From the NCBI GenBank assembly GCA_965215265.1, contig OZ244048.1, positions 3,904,001-3,968,000 on the forward strand: a stretch of 64,000 bases of DNA. Reading direction: 5' to 3'. Positions 51,277 through 62,294 of this stretch are shown one piece after another. Positions within the stretch are counted from its first letter, which is position 1; every line of letters starts with the position of its first letter. This stretch comes from Candidatus Poribacteria bacterium (GTDB lineage: Bacteria > Poribacteria > WGA-4E > WGA-3G). The notes under the pieces were generated by a model. That model worked only from the letters and a program-made list of their open reading frames with translations. It searched no databases and was not told the origin of the DNA. The translations under genes and the position numbers were made by a program.

Positions 51277-52698
51277 TTAATCGAACCTAAATTCCGTCCT
51301 GAATTCACCAAAAACGGCGAGCCCCCCACCATAAAACAACACCGCCAACGGAATCAGCACCCACACAGACAGATGCCCTTTCAACAGCACCAAACCGATA
51401 GCCATCACAGTTGAGAGAATGATAGCTTTGATAACAAAGTTGATATGAGTTAGCTTGGCAATCTGTTTTGAAATGTAACTGAAACCGACAACGAGGAGAA
51501 ATCCTTCACTGATAACCATTGATACCGCGGCACCAACGTGGCTGAAACGCGGAATCAATAAAAGATTCAGAACCAGGTTCAACAGTGCTGTTCCTGCCAT
51601 TAAAAATGAAAAGGCACGCCGCTTGTCTGCCGCCCGAAGCACTGTCAACACTACCGTCGTCAAGAAAATCAGTCCGCCTGATGCACTTAGCCATTGTAGC
51701 GCTATACTCACTTTACTAAGCGCATCCGGCAGATAAGTCGGAAACAACGCCGCAGTCATTTCGTAGGAGAGTGTTGCAAGCCCGACGGCAAAAGGGATAC
51801 CACTGAGCACCATCCACCGCACACCGAATGTATATGCAGCAGGAAACTGACTCGGTGCCCTCTCAAAAGTACGGGAGAGCACCGGAAACATCGCCCCCAT
51901 CAGGAACGCGCCCGGCAGAATCGTGAAAGCATTGACAATTGTATACGCTAAACCGTACCATGTATTCGCATCCACGCCATCCGGACTGAGTTTCGACAGC
52001 AGAATCGCGTCAATCCGAAAATAGAGAAGGTTGAAGAGGTTTCCAACCGCAAACGGGAGCGCCTGCTGCATCAACACTTTGACAATCTGTCGGTTCGGTT
52101 GGAAGCGGAGCCGGGTAAAGCGGGCTCGGGTAATCCCTACACTCAATATCAGATTGATAAAACTTGCTGTCAGCATCACTTGACAGACAGTCACGAGACT
52201 ATATCCCATCAGAATCGCGATGCCCCCGATAACCGCAAAAACGCCGCGCTCAGCGACCACGGTTAACGCTTCATATTTTATCTGCTCATGTGCGCGAAAA
52301 ACGCATCGATACAGCTGTGCAATGGAATTAACAATCTCTGCTAACCCTAAGAAGATTATCATCTGCACTATCACCGGTGCATAGCCTAGCTGCACGCCAC
52401 TGATTAGCATGATGGTATATGCCACGAGCGACAAGATAGCACGAACGATGAAGGCATTGCCGAGATAGTGCCGAGTTTGCGACAAATTCAACGTCATTTC
52501 ACGGATGAGCGGGTTTTGGAGCCCCAGCTCCGTGAGACTCGAGATGAGGTTCGTCAGCGCAATAGCAACAAAATAGCCACCGAGCTCACTCGCTCTGAAA
52601 TAACGCGGCATGAGCCAAATCGTTACCACAAGTGAACACAGGCGGCCGATAAAATGTGCACCGAAAAGGGTTGACGTATTCTCGAAAATGCGGTTCAT
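51277..52698 (-). CDS. Polysaccharide flippase (Wzx/MOP family)
   Basis: Many TM helices; ELGLQNPLIRE, LYFRIDAILL, LIPRFSHVGAA. Confidence 0.88.
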   Translation of the reverse strand: MNRIFENTSTLFGAHFIGRLCSLVVTIWLMPRYFRASELGGYFVAIALTNLISSLTELGLQNPLIREMTLNLSQTRHYLGNAFIVRAILSLVAYTIMLISGVQLGYAPVIVQMIIFLGLAEIVNSIAQLYRCVFRAHEQIKYEALTVVAERGVFAVIGGIAILMGYSLVTVCQVMLTASFINLILSVGITRARFTRLRFQPNRQIVKVLMQQALPFAVGNLFNLLYFRIDAILLSKLSPDGVDANTWYGLAYTIVNAFTILPGAFLMGAMFPVLSRTFERAPSQFPAAYTFGVRWMVLSGIPFAVGLATLSYEMTAALFPTYLPDALSKVSIALQWLSASGGLIFLTTVVLTVLRAADKRRAFSFLMAGTALLNLVLNLLLIPRFSHVGAAVSMVISEGFLLVVGFSYISKQIAKLTHINFVIKAIILSTVMAIGLVLLKGHLSVWVLIPLAVLFYGGGLAVFGEFRTEFRFD

Positions 52699-52862
52699 GT
52701 AACGGCTACGTTTTACCTCTCCGATTGTGTTCCGATTGTGTAGAAAACTATTACCGAATCTACGTTATAGTCGAGCGAGTTGTTCCAAGCTCAAGGCTCG
52801 GCCGGAAGGCTTTCCGAAAATGGTACAATGGTACAAGGCGAAGAAAAAGGCAGATTGCTCTG

Positions 52863-53543
52863 TCAATACAATCCGACCCTCACATAGTTCGGTACTAAGC
52901 TCCAGTAACTGTCGCTATCGCCGGTATGCAAACGTTGTGCCCCGATTTGGGCGACCGCGGCACCCCGCGGTACATTGAAAATTGCATCCGCCAAGTAGGC
53001 AGTTTTACCGAGTGTCTCTCGAACTGTCCCTCCGTACTTATCGAGTCCATCGCCAACGAAGATTGTTGTAGTCGTTTGGACTGGCATGTCCGCAAGGCGG
53101 GCTAAAAACGTTTCAATCGGGAGACACAGATCTTCGCTGAGACGTTTCCATGCTGCCCCACCGTGGAAAACAGCGGCGTAGATTTCACTTCTTCGGGCAT
53201 CAAGAACCGGGCAGATAAGACTGTCTGTCCACCGGCAGTTGTAAGCAATCGCTTCCAAAGTTGAAACGCCGACAATCGGCTTGTCAATTGCATAGCAGAA
53301 CGATTTAATCGTCGCAACCCCGATGCGGATGCCCGTAAAGGAGCCGGGACCGACACCGACGGCACAGCCGCTCAATTCCTCCGGAGTGATGTTGCCCCAC
53401 TTCAGAACGGTGTCAATCGCAGGCATTAATCTAGAGGAGTGCGCTCGCACAATATTAAGTGTATGCTCAGCGACCAGGTTGCCGCTATCTATTAAAGCAA
53501 CGCTTCCGATGGGCGTTGAAGTGTCAATACCGAGGATTTTCAT
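52863..53543 (-). CDS. tsaB: tRNA threonylcarbamoyladenosine biosynthesis protein TsaB
   Basis: MKILGIDTST, HSSRLMP, GPGSFTGIRIG, LDARRSE, LVPNYVR. Confidence 0.96.
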   Translation of the reverse strand: MKILGIDTSTPIGSVALIDSGNLVAEHTLNIVRAHSSRLMPAIDTVLKWGNITPEELSGCAVGVGPGSFTGIRIGVATIKSFCYAIDKPIVGVSTLEAIAYNCRWTDSLICPVLDARRSEIYAAVFHGGAAWKRLSEDLCLPIETFLARLADMPVQTTTTIFVGDGLDKYGGTVRETLGKTAYLADAIFNVPRGAAVAQIGAQRLHTGDSDSYWSLVPNYVRVGLY

Positions 53544-53601
53544 GCTAATTCAACCAATAATTTCGAACCGTTATCTCGGTAACAGTCGCGTTTTTTTGGT
53601 C

Positions 53602-55023
53602 CTATTCTTCAAATTTAACTTTAAGTTCTTGCAATGACAAATTCTGAGGTGGGTGAATAAGCGAGAACAAAGACATATCAGACCGTTGCATGCTGCGGTT
53701 GATGTATTCTTCCTCTTTTTCGCAAAGGAGGAAGAACCTTTCATAAGCTATCGCTGCTTCGCCGACTGTCCCACTGCCACCAAATGGATCGAAGACTAAA
53801 TCCCCTTTAAAAGAGTAAAACCGAATGACACGCGATGCCAATTCAATAGGAAAAATGGCAGGATGAACTTTATCCGCTGCCGGATTAATCTGCCAGACGT
53901 TTGTTTTCTCATAATCCCCAAACACTCTGCTTGTTTCAACCGTCTTTTTATCATACTGTCTCATATTCCAATCAATAAGTTTGTCTGTTTTTTTTCGGTA
54001 TACCATTACACTTTCCGTGACGCAATTCGGCTTATAGCCAAGCGGCTTGCGATGTTGAAAAAAACCACCATTGCGATTCTTAGCGGCATAGTCAGGTTTC
54101 ACCCATACGATGTCATCAACGAATTCCCAACCGATTTCAGTAAGATGCGGGTGAATGTCATACGGGATAGCGTAACGTTTGCTGGCATGTGCCCGGCTGA
54201 TACGTGGTACGATGACCGGGGATGTGTTAAGCACAAAGAACCGCCCCTCTTTTGTAATGCGATGCGTCTCCTTGAAAATAGCAGTTAAGAAGTCAAGATA
54301 CGCCTCGTAACTCTGAAAAAGGGTATAATCACGGGCATTGTAATACGGTGGTGACGTAAAAGTGAGATGAACTGACTCGTTCGGTACTACCTTTAAGACT
54401 TCTTGAACATCGGCACTGACAATCACATTTTTGAGGGCATCCGGGCTCGTAGGGTGGCACTGATGGCCGGCGGCAGCAGCAGAAGGCGACAAACTTCCCT
54501 TTCCGCTCCGGTTTAAGAGTTCTCGAACGAGTTCATTGGGATGTTCGCGGAGCGGTGCTAAGGATTCTTGGACATCCGGACGTTCATTGAAACAGTTCAA
54601 GCCGCGCACTGCCTGCAAGATAACCTTCGGATCTGTATCTGACAAAAACTGCACTAAATTCGGAATCGCCTTCTCAGTTCTGAGTCTGCCTATTGCCGAA
54701 ACGGCTTCTCGACGGGCGAACGTGTTTTTCTCCGCTCGCGCGAACGCGGAAACCGCTTCTAAGAGCGATTCATCTTTCAATTTTCCGATATTTTTTACCG
54801 CGAGACAGCGAATCTTGGGGTTCGGATGGTCCAGCAATGGCAAGAACAGGTGCCCATCAAATTCTTTCGGCAGCCTGCCCAGGTTTTCAAGCGTGAATTG
54901 AAGCATCCGCTCACTGTTGGTAGGGGCAAGCACGCTGGAAAAGAAAACTGATTTATGGACTTCACCTTTAGTCGGGGTGTTCAACTTCAATTTTTCGGCA
55001 TTAATTTCAGATTTGGTTATCAT
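53602..55023 (-). CDS. HEAT-repeat / DNA methyltransferase fusion (beta class, SPPY, probably N4-cytosine)
   Basis: HEAT repeats (LLDHPNPKIRCLAVKNIG, ARREAVSAIG, LSDTDPKVILQAVRGL), then TSPPY, HPAIFP, DPFGGSGT. Confidence 0.88.
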   Translation of the reverse strand: MITKSEINAEKLKLNTPTKGEVHKSVFFSSVLAPTNSERMLQFTLENLGRLPKEFDGHLFLPLLDHPNPKIRCLAVKNIGKLKDESLLEAVSAFARAEKNTFARREAVSAIGRLRTEKAIPNLVQFLSDTDPKVILQAVRGLNCFNERPDVQESLAPLREHPNELVRELLNRSGKGSLSPSAAAAGHQCHPTSPDALKNVIVSADVQEVLKVVPNESVHLTFTSPPYYNARDYTLFQSYEAYLDFLTAIFKETHRITKEGRFFVLNTSPVIVPRISRAHASKRYAIPYDIHPHLTEIGWEFVDDIVWVKPDYAAKNRNGGFFQHRKPLGYKPNCVTESVMVYRKKTDKLIDWNMRQYDKKTVETSRVFGDYEKTNVWQINPAADKVHPAIFPIELASRVIRFYSFKGDLVFDPFGGSGTVGEAAIAYERFFLLCEKEEEYINRSMQRSDMSLFSLIHPPQNLSLQELKVKFEE

Positions 55024-55056
55024 TTTTTACGTCCCTTAAAAAAACTACATTTTCCG

Positions 55057-55085
55057 TTGCATTCCCAGAGGAGATGTGGTATAAT
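55057..55085 (+). promoter_or_regulatory. Sigma-70 promoter for the tRNA gene
   Basis: TTGCAT-17 bp-TATAAT with extended -10 TG. Confidence 0.75.
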
Positions 55086-55104
55086 TAAAATAATCGCATC
55101 ACGT

Positions 55105-55170
<66 letters not shown>

Positions 55171-55255
55171 CTTTTTTATTTTTCAAACCGCACTTTTCCG
55201 TTAACACATAATAGGTTAACATATCTCTTTTGAAATGTCAACAATTAAAATTGAG

Positions 55256-57520
55256 TTAAGGCACGTTGATAGCCACGATCCATCCCTTCGTTATCGCAGG
55301 TTTATAGGCGTTATCCCGCAGATAATCTGAAGTTTGCCAGATGCAAAGATGCTTTCCATCAGGCATCCAGACAACAGCTGTCACTTTTTGTTGCGTTCGC
55401 GCCATCGCGAATTTTTGCTTACGCTCCATATCATAAACCCAAATTTTCCACCGCAGCCCCTCGCAATCTTCTCGTTCCAAATATACCAACCGTTTCCCCT
55501 CTGGTGCCCAAGATGGCGAGGTGTGCATCAGAATTTGCGTCTGTATTGAAGTGGAGCTGGCATCAGCTAAGTGAAGCTGCTGATCAATCAGCTGCCCCGG
55601 ACGGTTACTACCAGAAAGGACATAAGCCAAGTGTGTACCATCCGCTGCCCAATGTAAACGTGCAACGCGCTGATGCTGCGTCTGTATCTCCTTTAAACGT
55701 TGTCCTTCTGCATCTTGGATACGGATGCCGACATATTTCTGATTTTGCACCCCAAAAGCGATACGTGTGCCATCCGGTGTCCAAGACGGTGCCAGCAGAT
55801 ACGCATAAGCACGCTGACGACGTTCAAACGGAACACGCGCAATCGTACGGATACCACTCCCATCACTGTTGATACGATAGACGACATCCATCCGCTTCTC
55901 GCGCCGTCTAAATACCAACCTGTTAGAAGTAGGAGACCAGGCTGGCCCCTCCCCTTGAATCAATTTTTTCACACGTCCAAGCTGCCAATCCAACGTGTAG
56001 ATGTAACGCTCCCCTCCTTCGTCTAATTCATAAGCCAATAAACGGCTGTCTAACGACCAGGAGAGCACGGGGTTATAGATTCTAGCTATCGGCATCTCTG
56101 GTACGGCAGCCGCTTGTCCAGCCCGAAACTTCCGCGCCTGTTTTGCTTCCTTGTCCATTATTACTAATTCGCTGGCGTGCCAATAACGCCCGCGTAAATC
56201 CGTTCTTCTCAACATCGCGATGAATTCTCCATCCGGGCTCCAGCGTGGAAATTCTGCTCCTTCAACCAATTGTAACGTCCGGCGCTCCCCACAGAAATTC
56301 GTATTGAACATGATGCCGTCTGTCTCTTCGAACTGCCCAAAATTCAATCGTTCTATCCACACGTATTTTCCGTTCGGCAGCTCAACCTGATACCATCCGT
56401 CTGCAGTTTGCACAATTGGTAGCAAGACGCCATCATTGAGATGCAAGAGCGGTTCGCGGTTTTGCTGAACCGCGTTTTTCTCCGTGAAAACAGGGACGTT
56501 ATCGCGTACAACTATGCCGCGATGCGATGCAGTTACTGCCTGATACCCGATACGCTGTTCTTCTTGTGTTGTATTTCCAAATGCATAGACAGTTCCATCG
56601 CCGGAAGCAACATAGAGGATACCATTGGAGACAGCCGGTGCTGCACTAACAAAACCCCGGAGTTTATACACCCATATCTGCCGTTTTGATGCCTCTTCAA
56701 ACGCATGGATGTGCCCATCGCGGCTGCCGATATAGACATAACCGTTTGCCGTGCTCGGGTAACTGTCACTCCCGGCCGTCTCTGCTCTCCACATTTTCGC
56801 GTTATGAAGGGGCCCAATCGGGCGAAATTCACCATTGGCGCAACCATATTCAATACCGCGAATCCGTATCGTGCGTTCACGTATTCCCTCAAGCATCCCT
56901 GTTCTCGCGTTCAGTTGATAAATTTTTGACGGGAACACACCGATATACACTTTACCATCGGCAACAATTGGCGGGGCATCCATCCAATTTTTGGATTTAA
57001 ATACCCAGAGCTGTTCGCCGGTCATAGCATTCAGTGCATAGACTCTGTTATTTCGTGTGTTGATATAGACATGCCCATCTCGTACCGACGCAGAATATCG
57101 GATTGCACTCTGTGCATCAAAAACCCATTTAATGTCCCACTCCTTAGCACCCAGGGCGTACAATTTGCCATCTGTTGAACCGATATAGAGAATACCGTTT
57201 GCGACAACAGGCGAAGCCTGAAGCGGACCGCCGGTCTTGAACTTCCAGAGTAACTCAAGCGGGGGCGTAAGAATTTCATCCGGACTCCTCCCTGAAAAAT
57301 CCAAATCATACATAAACATCGACCAGTCCTCAGTCCGTGCACTCGGCGTGACGCTTTCAATAGGCATCGTGGGGTTTTGTTCCAGGGAATCATCAGGGCG
57401 CGGGGCGGGTTGCCGGTTCTGCTGTGAATCACAACTCCAGATAATGAATAACAGAAGGAATAGGATGTACTTTGTGTTCCAAATTTTTGCGCTAAACAGA
57501 TGAGCAAAAAGGTTTTGCAA
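55256..57520 (-). CDS. Lipoprotein with PQQ-type beta-propeller, SH3-like segment and TolB-like PD40 repeats
   Basis: IWSC lipobox, LLWKFKTGG..ASPVV, GWYQVELPNGK, WSPDG/WTPDG repeats. Confidence 0.82.
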   Translation of the reverse strand: MQNLFAHLFSAKIWNTKYILFLLLFIIWSCDSQQNRQPAPRPDDSLEQNPTMPIESVTPSARTEDWSMFMYDLDFSGRSPDEILTPPLELLWKFKTGGPLQASPVVANGILYIGSTDGKLYALGAKEWDIKWVFDAQSAIRYSASVRDGHVYINTRNNRVYALNAMTGEQLWVFKSKNWMDAPPIVADGKVYIGVFPSKIYQLNARTGMLEGIRERTIRIRGIEYGCANGEFRPIGPLHNAKMWRAETAGSDSYPSTANGYVYIGSRDGHIHAFEEASKRQIWVYKLRGFVSAAPAVSNGILYVASGDGTVYAFGNTTQEEQRIGYQAVTASHRGIVVRDNVPVFTEKNAVQQNREPLLHLNDGVLLPIVQTADGWYQVELPNGKYVWIERLNFGQFEETDGIMFNTNFCGERRTLQLVEGAEFPRWSPDGEFIAMLRRTDLRGRYWHASELVIMDKEAKQARKFRAGQAAAVPEMPIARIYNPVLSWSLDSRLLAYELDEGGERYIYTLDWQLGRVKKLIQGEGPAWSPTSNRLVFRRREKRMDVVYRINSDGSGIRTIARVPFERRQRAYAYLLAPSWTPDGTRIAFGVQNQKYVGIRIQDAEGQRLKEIQTQHQRVARLHWAADGTHLAYVLSGSNRPGQLIDQQLHLADASSTSIQTQILMHTSPSWAPEGKRLVYLEREDCEGLRWKIWVYDMERKQKFAMARTQQKVTAVVWMPDGKHLCIWQTSDYLRDNAYKPAITKGWIVAINVP

Positions 57521-57721
57521 AATTTAAGGGCCTCGCTTTTTTTGTAGGAAAGGAATTGCCCCTAATTTAGCAAGAGTTCAAATATAAGTCAACTAAAATT
57601 TGATTTTTGCAGGGCAAATATAGGCAGATGACACGAAAACATCATCAAGTCTAGTGGTAAGAAACTTCAGAATTATTCGCCATTCGGTTAAGTGTTACGT
57701 GGCATCGTGTTCTGAGCAAGT

Positions 57722-59113
57722 TCACATGTGCCCGCTGATTTTCAAAAAGATTTCTCCATCAAGATTTGGAATTTCATGGCGCAATTGACGCTTACGACTG
57801 TGAACTGCCATAACAGTGGCATAGAAACTAATCACTTGCATCGTACCGCTGCGGTTGTACACTGCCCATCCGTTTTCAAACCTGCGGATAAAAAGCCCGG
57901 GTACGTCTTGATATTGCTGTGCTTGTTCTTGAACAGGTTGTCCGAGCTCGACATCCCAGAAATCGTACCAGTTGTGTAGATGATCAGGTGTCGGCATCGC
58001 ATTATCATCACCAAAAAGCAGATATCCATCTGAGTGCGTTAGACTCAAGGCGGTTATCATCCGCATCCACTGCTGATTTTCTGGGCTGTTTCTCTCCGCA
58101 ATTCGAGTGTTCTGATCCCCCAAATAATCCGTCACTACGCGCCAGCCCTCTAAGCAGTTGATTCGTGGGGTTTTCAGGTGTTGTTCTGCCCAATGCAGTG
58201 TGCTTTCGATGCGCTTAATCTGATTTAAGTTGTATCCTTTATGATATTCGGGCTTATAACACTCCATAAAAATGCCGTTCACGTAGGACGCGGATTTTGG
58301 AATCTGACGTGTATTGGCATTGACGAGAATAAGGAAATCGTCCCCGACCTGCTCGCGTATTTTGCGTAAGATGGAGAGCCTCGCTTCTAATTCAGCCTCC
58401 GGTGTGAGGATTGTCGCAGACCGGTCATCAACACTGATGGGGCTTGTGGCGGAATCTTCGTTCCACCAATCCAGCATGATACCGTCAAACAGTCCTGACT
58501 TCTGCAACGAGACGGCTTTATCGACTATGAGCTGCTGCACTTCTGTATTTGTAAAGTCGATAAGAAAGTGAAGGTGGGCATCGTTTTCATCGATTTTCCC
58601 ATCGCCGTTTGTATCTTCACCCCAGCCGATGACCGGTCTGCCCTCGCGATCTTTTAGCCAATATGGCGAGTCTGGCGGATAAAAGCCGAGCTCCCACCAA
58701 TTTTGTGCTTGGCTTTCATTTCCCGCAGAGAGATATTTCGCATCCCTGTATCGGAGTTCAACGAGCAGTTGGAGATTCGGATTTAAGGAGAAGAGTTGTT
58801 GTTTTCTTTGCCGTGCTTGGTTATATTGATTCGGATTCAAACCGGTTGCTAACCCTTGGTACGGCTGTTTGTGAGAAATATCCCAAGAAATTCTTAGCAG
58901 GGCATACGGATGCGCAAAAGCAAGTTGGTGCCGCGCGAGTAGACTAAGTTCATCTTCCTCGCGTCTATTTTCGATGCCGTTCCACGCCTGAAAAATTGAT
59001 GGATAAGTTCTCGGGGTTCTACTAGGATGTCCTTTCACGTTTCCCGCCTTGGTAACAATGAAACAGACAAAGCAGAGTAGGATAAGGCATTTTTTATGCG
59101 GTTTTTCAATCAT
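57722..59113 (-). CDS. Secreted putative glycoside hydrolase-like TIM-barrel protein
   Basis: Signal peptide, YPSIFQAW, FDGIMLDWW, NGIFME, GLFIRRFENGWAVYN; EF-hand-like DTNGDGKIDEND. Confidence 0.65.
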   Translation of the reverse strand: MIEKPHKKCLILLCFVCFIVTKAGNVKGHPSRTPRTYPSIFQAWNGIENRREEDELSLLARHQLAFAHPYALLRISWDISHKQPYQGLATGLNPNQYNQARQRKQQLFSLNPNLQLLVELRYRDAKYLSAGNESQAQNWWELGFYPPDSPYWLKDREGRPVIGWGEDTNGDGKIDENDAHLHFLIDFTNTEVQQLIVDKAVSLQKSGLFDGIMLDWWNEDSATSPISVDDRSATILTPEAELEARLSILRKIREQVGDDFLILVNANTRQIPKSASYVNGIFMECYKPEYHKGYNLNQIKRIESTLHWAEQHLKTPRINCLEGWRVVTDYLGDQNTRIAERNSPENQQWMRMITALSLTHSDGYLLFGDDNAMPTPDHLHNWYDFWDVELGQPVQEQAQQYQDVPGLFIRRFENGWAVYNRSGTMQVISFYATVMAVHSRKRQLRHEIPNLDGEIFLKISGHM

Positions 59114-59203
59114 GTGAAGAGGTTCCTCATCATAAAGTTTTAAACAAAAGGTTAATTCGAAATATACCTTAATCAGCGGATTGCTGACAAATGCAATTTC
59201 ATA

Positions 59204-60853
59204 TTACAATCCGTCGCCCTCTTTAATGCGGATAATCTGATCTGCGTTGAGATTCAAAAACCGTTCCGTGAGTCCGCTCTGCCAGCGAATTTCAAGTGTC
59301 TCGATTTGTGTGTATTCGCCGAGCCCGAAGTGAACGCGTAGGTCACTCTGAGAGAGATAGCTGGAACCGCTATGCACCTCTTTTAGCAGTGAAAGTTCGC
59401 CTACTTTCACCGTAACCTGCGCACCAAGGGCAGAGGAGTTACTCCTGGTTCCGACCAGATGAATTATCAGCCAATGGTTCCGATTGCCGCCGTCATTACG
59501 TAGCAGCGTTGCGGGTTGATTAGAGTGATTGAGAAAAATATCGATATCGCCATCGTTGTCGTAGTCGCCGAAGGCAGCGGCGCGCCCAACTTTAGCGGGC
59601 AGCTGCGTCAATCCAACAGCACTAGAGACATCTGTGAAATGGGTCTGGCTGTTCTCGAAAAGCAGGTCGGGTTGCGGGTACGTTGCATCTGAAAAGAGGG
59701 AGATGTTTTCTTGGAGATGTCCATTGGCAACGTAAAGGTCGAGGTAGCCGTCGTTATTGTAATCTAAAAATTCTACTGCCCACTTAAAATAGGGTAGCGT
59801 AACTGCCCCGATACCAGCTGCAAAAGAGACATCGGTAAAAAACTGCGGGAGGTGTGGATGGACTGCTTCATTGCGATAGAGTATGACGGGCAGAGCAGAG
59901 GCGTTACTAACCACGAGGTCAAGAAAGCCGTCGTTATCATAATCTCCAAATGCGTTCCCCATTCCGCTGCCTGGCATTCCGTTTTCGTCGTATCCTGTGC
60001 CGGTGAGGTCAGCGATTTCAGCAAAAGTGCCATCGCCGTTGTTCCGATAAAGCAGATCAGCTTCCATATCGTTAGCGATGTGCAGGTCCGGATCATTATC
60101 GTTATCGTAATCGCCGACGGCCACAGCGAGTCCAAGTGCGCGATGAGAAATGCCCGCGGCCTCGGTGCTATCCGTGAAGGTGCCGTCGGCGTTATTGCGA
60201 TAGAGGATATCGGTTTCACTGACAAACTGACTCCCGGCAACCTGGTCGGTAGGGCTACAGTAGGTACGAATGCCGCGCGTCTCCCACCATCGGTTTTCTG
60301 CAACCGAAAACTTCATATAATTGACGACGTAAAGATCTGCGTACCCGTCTAAGTCATAATCGAGAAAAGCGCAACTGGTTCCCCAGCGTTCGTCGCCGAC
60401 ACCTGCTTTTTGAGTGATGTCGGTAAACGTTCCGTCGCCGTTGTTATAGTAGAGCCGGTTCATGCCGTAGTTTGTAACGTAAATTTCTGGGTATCCATCA
60501 TTGTCAATATCTGCAGATGCGCAGCCGACACCGTATCCGGTATCTCCGACTCCGGCCCGCGCGGTTACATCGATAAAGGTGCCGTCCCCGTTGTTTTCAT
60601 AGAGGGCGTTTTGGTTAAAGGTAGAGGTGATACTGTTGGCATTGACAATATACAGATCCAGATTGCCGTCGTTATTGTAGTCAAAAAAGAGCGCGCCGGA
60701 GCCGAGCGTTTCAATGAGGTATTTCTCACCGGTGCGGCCATCAACGTGCCGGAAAGTGATGTGTGCGTCTGCTGTCGCATCGACGAATTGAATCTGTGGA
60801 TGGGCAGGCGCAGAAATAGCCAAGCTCAACAGGACGCAATAGAGCCCTTTCAT
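59204..60853 (-). CDS. CRTAC1 family protein (FG-GAP repeats + ASPIC/UnbV)
   Basis: Repeated DYDNDGxxDL, GSSYLSQSDLRVHFGLG, EIRWQSG. Confidence 0.92.
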   Translation of the reverse strand: MKGLYCVLLSLAISAPAHPQIQFVDATADAHITFRHVDGRTGEKYLIETLGSGALFFDYNNDGNLDLYIVNANSITSTFNQNALYENNGDGTFIDVTARAGVGDTGYGVGCASADIDNDGYPEIYVTNYGMNRLYYNNGDGTFTDITQKAGVGDERWGTSCAFLDYDLDGYADLYVVNYMKFSVAENRWWETRGIRTYCSPTDQVAGSQFVSETDILYRNNADGTFTDSTEAAGISHRALGLAVAVGDYDNDNDPDLHIANDMEADLLYRNNGDGTFAEIADLTGTGYDENGMPGSGMGNAFGDYDNDGFLDLVVSNASALPVILYRNEAVHPHLPQFFTDVSFAAGIGAVTLPYFKWAVEFLDYNNDGYLDLYVANGHLQENISLFSDATYPQPDLLFENSQTHFTDVSSAVGLTQLPAKVGRAAAFGDYDNDGDIDIFLNHSNQPATLLRNDGGNRNHWLIIHLVGTRSNSSALGAQVTVKVGELSLLKEVHSGSSYLSQSDLRVHFGLGEYTQIETLEIRWQSGLTERFLNLNADQIIRIKEGDGL

Positions 60854-60902
60854 TGCCAGGGAATGCGTCGCATCGCATTTGGAAGATTGTGCGTTACCCC
60901 AT

Positions 60903-62183
60903 TCACGGTTGAGTTGCCTTTTTTCGGGCATGTTGCGCTTCACTCTCCAATCCGAGTTGTGTGTAGACTTGGGCGAGTGTGTCCCAATAATTCCGCTCGG
61001 AAGGTGCGAGACGGACGGCAGTTTGTGCATGGCGCAGTGCTTTGTCTAACTGGGCTTGTAAATCCACAAAGCAGATCGCGATATTATTGTGGGCGATGGC
61101 GAGCGTTTCATCAGCGGAAATCGCTTGCCCATAAGCGTCAATAGCCAGTTGCAGATGCTCTTTCTTCTGATAAGCGTGCCCAAGGTTATAGTGCGCAGTT
61201 GCTAAATTCGGGGCTAATGCGATGGCACGTTTATAATTTTTGACAGCTTCAGCAAACCGGTGGCGGGCAAGATAGACGATTCCCAGATTGTTATACCCTT
61301 TTGGATCCTCTGGGTGAATTTTAACCCACTTCTCGGCTTCCGCGAGAAGTGGGTCCGTCTGGCGAAGGACTTTGAAGAATTTCATAGCGGCACCCGCCTC
61401 CTCTGTTTTTCCCTGTTTAATCCACGCTTGAGCGATGTGATAGTGTGCTTCTGTATTATCTGCCTGGAGTTTGATAACCTTTTCAAACGTAGAAATTGCA
61501 AGTGGCAAATTGCCCTGTTTTGCGTGGACCTTGCCTAAACCTAGGAATGCACTCGTTGCGTTCGCGTTAAGACGAATTGCTTCGGTGTACGCATCGGCAG
61601 CTTGTGGCAGTGCCCCCTGTTTTAGGTAGGTCTCACCGAGTCCGGTGTAGGCGTTTTGCAAGCTGAGACCTTTCGAGGCAAGTGCTATGGCGGTTTCAAA
61701 CGCTTTTATTGCCGCTGGAAGTTTCCCTTGTTTCAAGTAAACTAATCCGATATTATAGTGTGGCTCTGAGGCATCAGGAGCTATGTGAACCGCTTTATGG
61801 TAAGCGTCTAGGGCGGCTTGGTACTGCTTAAGTTCTGAGTAGGCGACACCGAGTTGATGGTGGGCATGGAAGGCCTCCGGATTGAACCCGATCGCTTTTC
61901 TATATTCTGTCGCTGCTTGGTCGAATTCCTCTAAGGCGTGATAGGCAGAGGCAGTTCTGTAATGGAGTTCAGCAAGCCATGCTGTGTCCACTGATGCTTT
62001 TTGTGCCCGGTGTGCTTCGGTGAAGGCGGTGATGGCTGCCCGATACCGTGCAGCTTTGAGGTAGTCTAGGCCGCGTTGATAGTGTCCATCAGCAGGAGGA
62101 CTGCGTTCAGCAATCCCTGCTGATAATAGGTTTCCGAACGCGCCACAGAGAATGAGGAGGACAATGTATCTTCGCATTCGCAT
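60903..62183 (-). CDS. Tetratricopeptide repeat protein
   Basis: Multiple TPR motifs (AHYNLGHAY, YNNLGIVY). Confidence 0.92.
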   Translation of the reverse strand: MRMRRYIVLLILCGAFGNLLSAGIAERSPPADGHYQRGLDYLKAARYRAAITAFTEAHRAQKASVDTAWLAELHYRTASAYHALEEFDQAATEYRKAIGFNPEAFHAHHQLGVAYSELKQYQAALDAYHKAVHIAPDASEPHYNIGLVYLKQGKLPAAIKAFETAIALASKGLSLQNAYTGLGETYLKQGALPQAADAYTEAIRLNANATSAFLGLGKVHAKQGNLPLAISTFEKVIKLQADNTEAHYHIAQAWIKQGKTEEAGAAMKFFKVLRQTDPLLAEAEKWVKIHPEDPKGYNNLGIVYLARHRFAEAVKNYKRAIALAPNLATAHYNLGHAYQKKEHLQLAIDAYGQAISADETLAIAHNNIAICFVDLQAQLDKALRHAQTAVRLAPSERNYWDTLAQVYTQLGLESEAQHARKKATQP

Positions 62184-62294
62184 GTTGGGCTTTACGAACC
62201 GGGTTCATAACCCCTAACCGTCTTGTCAGAGGACTAGTACCACATTCATCGGATGCACGAGGGAATTTCGGCCGGTCAGCAAACAGTACAAGGC

